32,000 nt of DNA, from NCBI GenBank assembly GCA_963699255.1, contig OY969425.1:780001-812000 (forward strand). The letters are read 5' to 3'. The DNA is from an uncultured bacterium (GTDB lineage: Bacteria; Margulisbacteria; WOR-1; CAVSGV01). How positions within the stretch are numbered: the first letter of the stretch is position 1; the number at the start of each line of letters is the position of its first letter. Below, in pieces: positions 23,094 through 31,700 of this stretch. Both the position numbers and the translations under genes were made by a program. A model generated the notes under the pieces. That model searched no databases. It worked only from the letters and a program-made list of their open reading frames with translations, and was not told the DNA's origin.

Positions 23094-25478
23094 TCAGTTT
23101 TTTATGGTCTTATAAGCCAGGCGACGTCGCGTGATGGGAGACAGAGGATCGTTCGTCTTGATCTTTTCCCAGAGAGAGATCGCGTTCTGTGCCTGTCCTT
23201 TCAGATACATGATGTCCCCGAGATTCATATATACCGCCGAAAGACTGGGGTCGGCCTCAAGAGCCCTGTTGAACTCCTGTGTGGCGGATTCCAGATCGTT
23301 CTTTAAATAATGGTAGATCCCCATATTGTTGCGCGTCACTGCTGAGCCGGGGTCTATTGAGAGCGCCAGATTCAGGCGCGTTTCCGCCTGCTCAAGGTGT
23401 TTCTCCCTCATGAACATGACGGCAAGATTGTTCAGGGCAGTGCAGAATTTCGGGTCAAGCTGGACCGCCAGCTCGAATTCCTCCGTTGCCCCCTTAAAAC
23501 GGCCCTTGATAAAATGTTCAAACCCGGCGCTATTGTGCTCCTGTCCGAACGATACGTTCAACAGGTCTCCCGCGGCTTCGGCTCGGCGCTGATCAGTCCC
23601 CCACATGCCGATAATGTTTTTTGCTCCGAACTGTTCGATCACGGCAACGATCGACTTGTTCCTTTGAGCCTCCGGGTTCACCGCCGCCAGATTCCTTGTC
23701 CTGGCCTGAAGACCCGCGAATTCAACATCTTCAGAAAGGATCGTTTCATATTCAGCCAGCGCTCCCGAAACGTTCCCCACAGCTTCATAAGAAGAGCCCA
23801 GATTGAACCTTATCGTTTTTGCCACGTCTCCCAGCTCTTTCGGCACAACCTCGAGGGCTCGCTCAAACTGTATAGCCGCAAGATCGAACCTCCCAAGCTC
23901 CATAAAAGTAAGGCCGAGAAGATTGTATGCGAACGGCGCCCTTGCGCTGTCTTTCACGGCAGCCTGAAGCTCCTTGACGCCTTTGTCAAAATCCCTGATC
24001 ATCAGATAAACCTTTGCGACATCCAGATGAGTGCCGATCCTCCACGGGTCCTCATCGATCCTCTTCTTTATGCGATCTATTTCCTCCCTGAGAAGAGCAA
24101 GGCTTGCTTCCTCATATTTTTTGTGAAGAGCAACATTGAAAGGATCGATGTTCATCGCGGAGGCAAAGGAACCCTGCGCCTTCAGGAAGTTGCCCATCTT
24201 CATGAACGCGTCCCCCATTATTTGATGGGCGGGAGCATAGTTCTTGTCCAGGTAGATCATGAATTCCGCTTCTTCTATCGCGGAGATCCCCTGGCCGGAA
24301 AGAATATATGCCTGTCCCAGCACCTGGCGGACAAGGATCATGTTCGGGTTTTCTTTTTCAATCTTGAGGCATTTGTCTATTATGGTCTTTGCCGCGCTGC
24401 CGGCGAGCTTCATCACTTCCAGATACTCAATAAGAGCTTCTTCAACGCGTCCGAGCTTGAGATAGGCGTCACCAAGGGATTCATGAGCGTGCACCTGCCC
24501 CGGATATTTTGACAACACGTCCTTGAATCCGGCTATGGCTTCATCTATGTACTGGCTGTTGTATTTCATCAGTTTCCCGTATTCATCGACCGCTTCGCTG
24601 TACGCCCCCTTCAGGGTAAGCGCTCTTCCCAGAGCTTTAAGCGTGGACGGCTCATCAGGATATTTATCCAGGGATCCCTTGAATTTTGAGATGACTTTGT
24701 CAAGGCGGCTCTTATCCATCAAAACGATCTCCTCAAGCTCAGCGGAAGCAAGAGAAGGCTGGATCGCCTTCAGATAAACATCCGCAAGCACTTCCTTGAC
24801 GTGCAAGTTGTTCGGCTGTTTTTTCTTCAGATCTTCCAGCTTGTGTATCACCTCGGAGGAGAAAGATGCGTCCAGGCCAAGCATGGCATAAAAACTGTTC
24901 GCGGCTTCATCAAGCATATCAACTCTTCCCTGAAGCTCGCCGAGTATCCTTAAATAGTTCTTGTTGTTCGGGTCAGCAGCCACAAGCCCCTTGTAAAGGG
25001 AGACCGCATCAATGATGCGGTCTTTTTCTATGTACGCGCCCGCAAGCATTTCCGTAAGCGAAGTGTCTTTCACGTCAGACCTGAAAGCGGCCTCTATCAC
25101 CGCTATGGCGCTGTCAATGTCTCCCTGTTTCAGGTACAGCTTGCCCAGAATGTTGTAAACGTCCGACCTGTCGGACGCGATGTCCAGTATTTCCTCAAGC
25201 TCGCTTATTGCGCCTTCAACTTCTCCAAGATATAAATGAAGGTCCGCGAGAGAGAGCCTCGCGTTTATATTTTCCGGATCGCTATCCAGGATGTTTTCAT
25301 ATAAAAGCGCGACTTTTGAAGCAAGCCTTGGATTATACAAAAGCGCGATCCTGAATTTAAGCCGCGCTTCTTTGAAGTCCCCTCCTGAGAGGTGTATCTG
25401 CCCGAGCCTTAACAGTTCTTGAGGGTTCGCCCCATGTTTGTTTACCTCTTTTTTTAGTTTCTCCATGTCTGTTATCAT
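23094..25478 (-). CDS. Tetratricopeptide (TPR) repeat protein, 794 aa
   Basis: The ~34-aa helical repeats have a TPR-type pattern throughout (e.g. YNILGKLYLKQGDIDSAIAVIEAAFRSD and AYNLLGLTFMELGRFDLAAIQFERALEVVP). The start forms an ATGA overlap with the upstream lptF/G stop. Confidence 0.85.
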   Translation of the reverse strand: MITDMEKLKKEVNKHGANPQELLRLGQIHLSGGDFKEARLKFRIALLYNPRLASKVALLYENILDSDPENINARLSLADLHLYLGEVEGAISELEEILDIASDRSDVYNILGKLYLKQGDIDSAIAVIEAAFRSDVKDTSLTEMLAGAYIEKDRIIDAVSLYKGLVAADPNNKNYLRILGELQGRVDMLDEAANSFYAMLGLDASFSSEVIHKLEDLKKKQPNNLHVKEVLADVYLKAIQPSLASAELEEIVLMDKSRLDKVISKFKGSLDKYPDEPSTLKALGRALTLKGAYSEAVDEYGKLMKYNSQYIDEAIAGFKDVLSKYPGQVHAHESLGDAYLKLGRVEEALIEYLEVMKLAGSAAKTIIDKCLKIEKENPNMILVRQVLGQAYILSGQGISAIEEAEFMIYLDKNYAPAHQIMGDAFMKMGNFLKAQGSFASAMNIDPFNVALHKKYEEASLALLREEIDRIKKRIDEDPWRIGTHLDVAKVYLMIRDFDKGVKELQAAVKDSARAPFAYNLLGLTFMELGRFDLAAIQFERALEVVPKELGDVAKTIRFNLGSSYEAVGNVSGALAEYETILSEDVEFAGLQARTRNLAAVNPEAQRNKSIVAVIEQFGAKNIIGMWGTDQRRAEAAGDLLNVSFGQEHNSAGFEHFIKGRFKGATEEFELAVQLDPKFCTALNNLAVMFMREKHLEQAETRLNLALSIDPGSAVTRNNMGIYHYLKNDLESATQEFNRALEADPSLSAVYMNLGDIMYLKGQAQNAISLWEKIKTNDPLSPITRRRLAYKTIKN

Positions 25479-26560
25479 GAAATGAAATAATTCTCCTTTA
25501 TTATAAGGGAAACCCCTATGATCCCAAAGAAAATATTAGGCAGCCATGCTGCCGCAAAGGGGGAGATTATACCGCCGTGACCGAATGACCTGAATACCGA
25601 CGCAACGACATAGAACGTAAATATCAGGGCCACACAAAACACTAGGCCGAAAGCCCTTCCTGAACGAACGGCGGGCAGGCTGAAAGGGATCCCCAGAAGA
25701 GCGAAGACCAGACAGGTCACGGGAACCGAGATCTTCATGTAAAGGTCCGTGAGAAGGACCTTGGCGTCCACGCCCCCCTTCTCTAACATGGAAACCAGAT
25801 TGGAAAGCTCTTTGCTGTTCATCTCATATGTGGTCTTTTGATCGGTAAAGTTCGTAATGTTCTCGTTAACCAGCACCTGCATTTCCGAGAAATTCGCCTC
25901 GTAGTCCAGTTTACCCGATGCATCATCATACCTGTGAATGACGCCGTCCGAGAGCGTCCAGTTGTTCCCGTCATATTTGGCCGACTTCGCAATGATCACC
26001 CTTGGGAATCTTCCTTCTCCCATCTCATATATCATCAGGTCCTCAAGCGTATTTGTCTTTTGATCGACCTTCCTAACATAAAAATACCGGTTGCTTGAAT
26101 CGCGAAAGAAAACATTTTCCTTTATTTCAGGCAGCGGCTGGCGCAGGATCATCTCCCTTATAATGTTCTCCGATGTATGATTCGACCAGGGAACAAGGTA
26201 TTCATTCGTCAAATAGGACAGCAAACTCACCGCAACCGCTATCAGTATCACAGGGGCGCTTATCCTGAAAAGGCTTACCCCGCTCGTCCTTAGCGCTATC
26301 ATCTCGTTTTCCTTTGACATCCTGGAAAATACCATTGATGTCGCGAACACCATGGACACGGGGAACGTCAGGACCATGATCGCCGGCAGCTTAAAAATAA
26401 GCAGCCGCAGAACCACGAGAAGCGGCACCCCCTTGTTTATTATAAGGTCCGTGTAAGTGAAAAGGAGATCCGTTATCATGATCAAAATAAATCCAATGAT
26501 ACCCAAAAGGTAAGGCGGTACCAGTTCAAAGAAAATATATCTATCCAGGGTCTTTACCAA
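25475..26560 (-). CDS. LptF/LptG family permease (YjgP/YjgQ), second copy
   Basis: 361 aa with an N-terminal TLDRYIFFELV..., six hydrophobic segments and a central soluble domain. It is a paralogue of 16531-17619. Confidence 0.85.
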   Translation of the reverse strand: MVKTLDRYIFFELVPPYLLGIIGFILIMITDLLFTYTDLIINKGVPLLVVLRLLIFKLPAIMVLTFPVSMVFATSMVFSRMSKENEMIALRTSGVSLFRISAPVILIAVAVSLLSYLTNEYLVPWSNHTSENIIREMILRQPLPEIKENVFFRDSSNRYFYVRKVDQKTNTLEDLMIYEMGEGRFPRVIIAKSAKYDGNNWTLSDGVIHRYDDASGKLDYEANFSEMQVLVNENITNFTDQKTTYEMNSKELSNLVSMLEKGGVDAKVLLTDLYMKISVPVTCLVFALLGIPFSLPAVRSGRAFGLVFCVALIFTFYVVASVFRSFGHGGIISPFAAAWLPNIFFGIIGVSLIIKENYFIS

Positions 26561-26748
26561 TCTTCTCGGCGTCTCCTAGCTTCTTTTCTTTTCGCTGTCT
26601 CCAGATCATGCCTTCTTTTCTCGCTCGGCTTTTCGTAATATTCTCTTTTCTTCAACTCGTCAATAACGCCCTCTTTCCTCAGCTTCATCTTGAATTTTCG
26701 GAGCGCCTTGTCTATGTCTTCACCCTTCTTGATCTCAACTTCTACCAT
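26554..26748 (-). CDS. rpsU: 30S ribosomal protein S21
   Basis: 64 aa: MVEVEIKKGEDIDKALRKFK.K....GV..ELKKREYYEKPSEKRR, the bS21 family sequence. GGAGGAGG lies 6 nt upstream of the ATG. Confidence 0.9.
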   Translation of the reverse strand: MVEVEIKKGEDIDKALRKFKMKLRKEGVIDELKKREYYEKPSEKRRHDLETAKRKEARRRREDW

Positions 26749-26764
26749 TGTTAACCTCCTCCCG

Positions 26765-27094
26765 TTATCCCGGGGGCCACTTCAGTTTTCTGCCTCCCAG
26801 AACGTGAAAATGCAAATGTGGGACAGCCTGTCCTGCATCCTTTCCAATATTCATGACAACCCTGTAACCGCTGTCACGCACGCCCTTTATCTCCGATACC
26901 TTGGCAATACAATTGAATATTTCCGGCAGAACATCATTTAACCCTGATGAGTTTAATACATGTTCCTTGGGTATTATCACAACGTGGACCGGAGCCTGAG
27001 GTGCCACGTCATCGAACGCGATGACCCTATCGGTCTCATGAACGATGTTGCTCTTTATTTCTTTATTTGCAATCTTGCAAAATATGCAGTTCAT
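26765..27094 (-). CDS. HIT-family (histidine triad) nucleotide hydrolase
   Basis: MNCIFCKIANKE...APVHVVIIPKEH...HLHFHVLGG contains the HxHxHxx triad. I prefer the ATG at 27092-27094 because it forms an ATGA overlap with the PSP1 stop. The track start at 27142 adds 16 non-conserved residues. Confidence 0.88.
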   Translation of the reverse strand: MNCIFCKIANKEIKSNIVHETDRVIAFDDVAPQAPVHVVIIPKEHVLNSSGLNDVLPEIFNCIAKVSEIKGVRDSGYRVVMNIGKDAGQAVPHLHFHVLGGRKLKWPPG

Positions 27095-27667
27095 TTCCCG
27101 TCCTCGCTTTCGTATTGAAGGCAGCACATAAGCCTGCCGCAAATACCGGAAGTTTTTGTCGGGCTTATGGATATCCCCTTTTCTTTCAACGCCTTCACTG
27201 ATACATGCCTTGGTTTGTCAAGCCAGGCAACACAGCAAAGCGATCTCCCGCATAGCCCAAGGCCCCCGATGATCTTTGCCTCATCCCTCGGGCTGACAAG
27301 GTGTATATCAACTTTTGCGTCAAGAGCCGACGACAGGTCTTTTTTCAGGATCCTTCGTGTTAATTCCACCTTTTTGCTCGGTAACCCTGTAGTATAAATG
27401 CACCTTCTTATCGTCAAAAAGATATTCTGCGTTGATTATCTTAATAGGGATCTCGTGCTCGCGTACTTTTTGCATCCCTATCCTCATGGCTTTTCTCTCT
27501 TTTTCATCAAGGCTCTCTATGTGTCTTAGATCCTCAGCATTCGCATATCTTATGACTTTCCGAAGTCTTACCTCGCGGTCCAGGTTCTTGGGGAACCCTC
27601 TTTCAAAGGATATGATCTGACCTGCTTCAAGGCCGCGGTCGGTCTCGACGATCACCTTGGCCCCCAA
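27091..27667 (-). pseudogene. PSP1/RicT (YaaT-like) domain protein, reading frame interrupted by a +1 shift near 27386-27399
   Basis: Two overlapping ORFs carry consecutive halves of one PSP1 domain. ORF 27320-27667 gives ...VIVETDRGLEAGQII...INAEYLFDDKKVHLYY. ORF 27091-27417 gives TTGLPSKKVELTRRILKKDL...SPRDEAKIIGGLGLCGRSLCC...PTKTSGICGRLMCCLQYE. The position downstream of holB matches the known holB-yaaT synteny. Confidence 0.8.
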
Positions 27668-27740
27668 TTTGATCGCTTCTTCCTTGTAGCCGGTAATTGG
27701 GCAGATCTGACCGAACTTTCTTAATCTTATGGCTAAGTTC

Positions 27741-28526
27741 TTAATTTTTTGCCTCCTCTTGAAGGGATAAGAACATGGAATCCAGGGCGAGCCGCTTGTT
27801 GCCGTTCCGCTCTATCCCTCTCAATGCGTCAAATATCTTCCTGGCCGCCAGAATTTTCTCTCCCGACTTAAAACCGACCTTATCACTGAAGTTATACAGA
27901 ACGGAATTCAGCTTCCCCTCTACATCGGGATCAAAGCTCAGCTCTTCGGAAATGCGAAGCATTTGCGGTATGCTCATTTCCTCTATCTTTAAGATCTTCT
28001 CCGTCAGATCGTCAACGCTGTCATCGGATACTGGATTTTCATCATAAAAGATCAGCTTTTGACAGCGGGATGCGATGGTTTTAAGGATCTTGCTTTCCCT
28101 TACAGTGGTGAGTATGAACAAAATATTGTGAAGCGGCTCTTCCAGGGTCTTTAAAAAGCTGTTCGACGCCTCTTCGGTCATCTGGTCGGCGCCGTTTATC
28201 ACGATAACTTTCCATCCGGATCCCGACGGGCCGTATTTGACAAAGTCGGTGATCTGCCTTATCTCACTTATCTTGATGCTTTTATTATCACTAGAGAGGA
28301 TGAGCAAGTCGGGATGGATGCTTTTTTTGATCTTGCTGCAATTTTCGCACGGAACTTCTTCAAGGCCGCACGGAGAAATCCCCTTGGAAGTGCAGTTCAG
28401 GACCCTCGCAAAGAACGCAGCCTCATCAAGCAGGGATTTCGAGTCAGTGCCGACAAAAAGGTAAGCATTTGGTATTCTCCCGCTCGCCGCGGCACCTAAA
28501 AGGATCTTCCTTGAAATATCTTTCAA
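27741..28526 (-). CDS. holB: DNA polymerase III delta-prime subunit
   Basis: TTG start. It has the motifs IPNAYLFVG, the zinc-module-like C..C..C motif followed by IHPDL, and a box resembling the family's Walker-B region (VIVINGADQMTEEASNSFLKTLEEP). At 261 aa it is short but collinear with HolB. Confidence 0.85.
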   Translation of the reverse strand: MKDISRKILLGAAASGRIPNAYLFVGTDSKSLLDEAAFFARVLNCTSKGISPCGLEEVPCENCSKIKKSIHPDLLILSSDNKSIKISEIRQITDFVKYGPSGSGWKVIVINGADQMTEEASNSFLKTLEEPLHNILFILTTVRESKILKTIASRCQKLIFYDENPVSDDSVDDLTEKILKIEEMSIPQMLRISEELSFDPDVEGKLNSVLYNFSDKVGFKSGEKILAARKIFDALRGIERNGNKRLALDSMFLSLQEEAKN

Positions 28527-28590
28527 ATTTCACCACCGTGGCTATATTATAACAAAAATATAATTATTTGCCTTAAATTTATAGGGGCGT

Positions 28591-28600
28591 GGGGGGGGGG
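28591..28600. repeat. G10 homopolymer tract (C10 on the coding strand of neighbours)
   Basis: Ten consecutive G at 28591-28600, 65 nt upstream of the holB start and 29 nt downstream of the FGE-like ORF stop. Confidence 0.9.
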
Positions 28601-28628
28601 AACTATTAATGATGCGATTTGAGGTGTG

Positions 28629-29357
28629 TTATATTCTTTTGGGGCTTCCTTCTTTAAATTTTAGAAGAGAGCTGAAATTTACACAAAATCTCAAAAAGGA
28701 TGACAGAGGCCTGAAATATTTATACTCGACAAGACGAAGCGCGGTGTAGTAAGGAGATAAGGCGCAGTAATAATGAGTCTCGGGGTGAAGGATCATCCGA
28801 TCCGTTTCGAGCGTGGAACAGAGAACATAGGAACGCGACCCTTCAATTTTAGTTTCGGTCCATTCCCAATTATCCCCTAACAATTTATGTTTAACTGATT
28901 TGTAGGCTTTCAGCCATTCAACCTCGGTCGGGATCACGAATTCTCTGCCGGTTATCTCGTTCAGCCTTTTAACAAATGCTCTGTATTCATGCAGGTTGAG
29001 GGATGTTCTAATGTCGGCTTCCGACGGATCACCAAGAACAGATTTGTGTCGTTCGGTACCATGCCCTCTGATCTCATATTCTGTGTCTTTCATGCATTGG
29101 TTGAACAGGTCGAAAGATACTTCTACTTGCATAATTCTGTAAGGTTTTCCCCGGACGTTGATGAGTGATAATTGTGGCAAAATAATTCGGCTGTTATTTT
29201 TCTGCATCAATTTCATATTGATATCGATCCTTTCCCGGACCATATTCTCGCACGCCCGATACGCCACTTCTGAGGTGCTTAATCTGACTGATTTGCGCAC
29301 TCGCTTCATCGGACGCTCAATGACAATTTTTTTTAAATTCACGCCCAATCCCGCCAT
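28629..29357 (-). CDS. Hypothetical protein with a divergent FGE-sulfatase/SUMF1-like domain
   Basis: 242 aa in an AT-rich island. KPYRIMQVEVSFDLFNQCM...LHEYRAFVKRLNEITGREFVIPTEVEWLKAY...GDNWEWTET...YTALRLVEY follows the SUMF1 pattern (Y.I...EVT...F..F, A.AFC.WL....G...RLPTE.EWE.A, WEW, GFRLV), but the match is weak and shortened. Confidence 0.5.
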   Translation of the reverse strand: MAGLGVNLKKIVIERPMKRVRKSVRLSTSEVAYRACENMVRERIDINMKLMQKNNSRIILPQLSLINVRGKPYRIMQVEVSFDLFNQCMKDTEYEIRGHGTERHKSVLGDPSEADIRTSLNLHEYRAFVKRLNEITGREFVIPTEVEWLKAYKSVKHKLLGDNWEWTETKIEGSRSYVLCSTLETDRMILHPETHYYCALSPYYTALRLVEYKYFRPLSSFLRFCVNFSSLLKFKEGSPKRI

Positions 29358-29512
29358 AGTTTTAATTCATCTCCATTAAACCTCGGAACATTTACATGGC
29401 AATATATTATCGTCAAATTTATAAATAAATTTCGCTTATTAATGATAATTGAACAAACTATATGTCTATATATGTGCGAGGTTTTAGAGGGGCGAGATTG
29501 CCTATATTTTCC

Positions 29513-31684
29513 TTAAAATATCTTTCTGGTAACATTGTAAACATCCGAAACAGATCTTATCGTTTTTATTACGCCGGACAGATGCGCTACATCCTTAACG
29601 TCAACGATCAATTTGATCATCGCCATACTGCCGCGCTTTGTTTTCACGTTAGCCGCGCTCACGTTCGTTTTTGACTCTGCTATCCTTTCAAGGATATCAT
29701 GGATAACGCCGACCCTGTCGAACGCCTCCACTTCTATCTCAACGGGAAAGGCCTGCTCAGGACCAGGATCCCACTCAACATTAACATACCTTCCGCTGCC
29801 TTCCTCCGCGCGGCTCACGTTGGGACAATCGCGTTTGTGGACCGTCACGCCTTTACCTTTCGTGACAAAACCAACGATCTCTTCTCCCGGAAGCGGCCTG
29901 CAGCACTTGGAAAACCTGATAAGAACATTGCTGGCCCCGACAACTTGAACCCCTATATGCTTCTTGCCCTGTCTGACCCTGGCAGATTTTTTTGCGGGAA
30001 TCACCGGATGTATCAGCTCATCTTCCACCGGCGCAACGCCGTGGCGCTTATCCCATATGCTCCTTATCTTCTTTGCGACAACGTAGGGTGAAAGCTCGCC
30101 ATACCCTATCTGGACCATCAGATCATCCATATTAGGAAGATTAAATTCCTTAAGCAGCGTAGCGGTGATCTCGTCCACAAGGGCTTGAGAGGGCTCGAGC
30201 ATGAATTTCTTAAGCTCCTCGTTAAGCGACGCGCAGCCTCTGCTCAGGTTCTCTTCACGTTTCTGCTTCTTGAACATGGATTTAATCTTTGTGCGCGCCG
30301 CGGAGGTCTTCACAAAATTGAGCCATCCCATGCTCGGGTTGTCGACTTTTCCGGTAATGATCTCGACAATATCCCCGTTCTTGAGCTTATAATCAAGCGG
30401 AACGATCTTACCGTTCACTTTTGCGCCGGTGCACCTGTGACCGACCTCGGTATGCACGGTATAAGCTAGATCAACAGGTGTCGATGAGACCGGAAGCGCA
30501 TGAACGGCGCCTTTCGGGGTAAAAACAAAGACCTCATCGGTAAAAAGATCTATCTTCAGGCTCTCCATGAAATCTTTCGCGTTCGAGAGGTCTTTCTGCC
30601 AGTCAAGGATGGACCGCAGCCATTCCATTTTCTGATCGAGAATGCCGGGCTTTCCGCCTTCCTTGTATCTCCAGTGCGCCGCAACGCCGTGTTCGGCGAC
30701 CTTATGCATTTCTTTCGTCCTGATCTGGACCTCGATCGGATATCCCCCGTCCCCGATGACCGTGGTATGCAGAGACTGGTATCCGTTCAGCTTCGGCATC
30801 GCTATGTAATCGGTGAAGCTTCCCGGTATCGGGCGCCAAGCCGCGTGAACGAGCCCCAGAACGGCGTAACAGTTTTTTACGGAATCAACTATGATCCTTA
30901 CCGCAAGAAGATCGTACAGGTCCTCGAACTCAAGGTTCTGGCTGACCATTTTCCTGTAGATGCTGTAAAAATGCTTCGGACGTCCGGATATTTCCGATTG
31001 TATGCTCATCTCCGATACGATCTTCCGCACTTTAGCAACAAAATCCTCTATGCGCTCTTCTCTCTCCGCCCTTCTCTGCGCCACTTTTACCCTGATCTCT
31101 TCGTACTTGTCCGGCTCAAGATACCTGAAAGCTAGGTCCTCCAGCTCCCATTTAATCCGCCATATGCCGATGCGGTGCGCCAGAGGAGCGAATATTTCCC
31201 GTGTTTCTATCGAGGTTTCTATCTGTTTTTCTCTGGGTAGGTACTGAAGCGTTTGCATGTTATGGAGGCGGTCGGCGATCTTGATCACGATGACCCTGAT
31301 ATCCTCGCCCATGGCAAGGAGCATCTTCCGGAAATTCTCCGCCTCACGCACTTCCCTTGACTCAAAGACCAGCTGGCCGAGCTTCGTCACTCCCTCTACC
31401 AGGCATGCTATCTCTTCTCCAAAATTTTCCGCTATAGCCTCTTTTGTGACTTTGCCGTCCTCGATCACGTCATGAAGAAGCGCCGCGGCGATCGTTACCT
31501 GGTCCTGTTCAATGTCCGCGAGGATCTGCGCTACGGCGAGGGGATGGATAATGAAAGGTTCGCCCGAAAGCCTTAGCTGGCCTTCGTGATGCTTTTTCGC
31601 GTATTCGAACGCCTTCTCGATCAACGATACATTGACCTGAGGATTATATGTCTTTATTTTCGCTATTAAGTTTGAACAGTCCAA
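29513..31684 (-). CDS. relA: Bifunctional (p)ppGpp synthetase/hydrolase (RelA/SpoT homologue)
   Basis: 723 aa with a TTG start. It has an HD hydrolase domain (HPLAVAQIL...LLHDVIEDG), a synthetase domain (YRSLHTTV-like QSLHTTVIG), a TGS domain (VFVFTPKG....LP.GSTPVDLAY) and a C-terminal ACT-like region. Confidence 0.95.
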   Translation of the reverse strand: MDCSNLIAKIKTYNPQVNVSLIEKAFEYAKKHHEGQLRLSGEPFIIHPLAVAQILADIEQDQVTIAAALLHDVIEDGKVTKEAIAENFGEEIACLVEGVTKLGQLVFESREVREAENFRKMLLAMGEDIRVIVIKIADRLHNMQTLQYLPREKQIETSIETREIFAPLAHRIGIWRIKWELEDLAFRYLEPDKYEEIRVKVAQRRAEREERIEDFVAKVRKIVSEMSIQSEISGRPKHFYSIYRKMVSQNLEFEDLYDLLAVRIIVDSVKNCYAVLGLVHAAWRPIPGSFTDYIAMPKLNGYQSLHTTVIGDGGYPIEVQIRTKEMHKVAEHGVAAHWRYKEGGKPGILDQKMEWLRSILDWQKDLSNAKDFMESLKIDLFTDEVFVFTPKGAVHALPVSSTPVDLAYTVHTEVGHRCTGAKVNGKIVPLDYKLKNGDIVEIITGKVDNPSMGWLNFVKTSAARTKIKSMFKKQKREENLSRGCASLNEELKKFMLEPSQALVDEITATLLKEFNLPNMDDLMVQIGYGELSPYVVAKKIRSIWDKRHGVAPVEDELIHPVIPAKKSARVRQGKKHIGVQVVGASNVLIRFSKCCRPLPGEEIVGFVTKGKGVTVHKRDCPNVSRAEEGSGRYVNVEWDPGPEQAFPVEIEVEAFDRVGVIHDILERIAESKTNVSAANVKTKRGSMAMIKLIVDVKDVAHLSGVIKTIRSVSDVYNVTRKIF

Positions 31685-31700
31685 AACACTATTTCCTTGC

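Noticed and set aside
23397-24512. 371-aa ORF on the plus strand, antisense to the TPR gene
   Set aside because: The minus-strand product shows regular TPR repeats along its whole length. The plus-strand translation is low-complexity (Arg/Leu/Phe/Ser-rich) with no motif. Long antisense ORFs of this kind are an expected by-product of Leu/Ala/Glu/Lys-rich codon usage.
28629-28650. The FGE-like ORF 3' end (..AAAAGAATATAA) resembles the rel 3' end (..AGAAAGATATTTTAA, 29513-29530)
   Set aside because: This is purine/AT-rich low-information similarity of about a dozen bases with shifts, which is not convincing as an att-type repeat.
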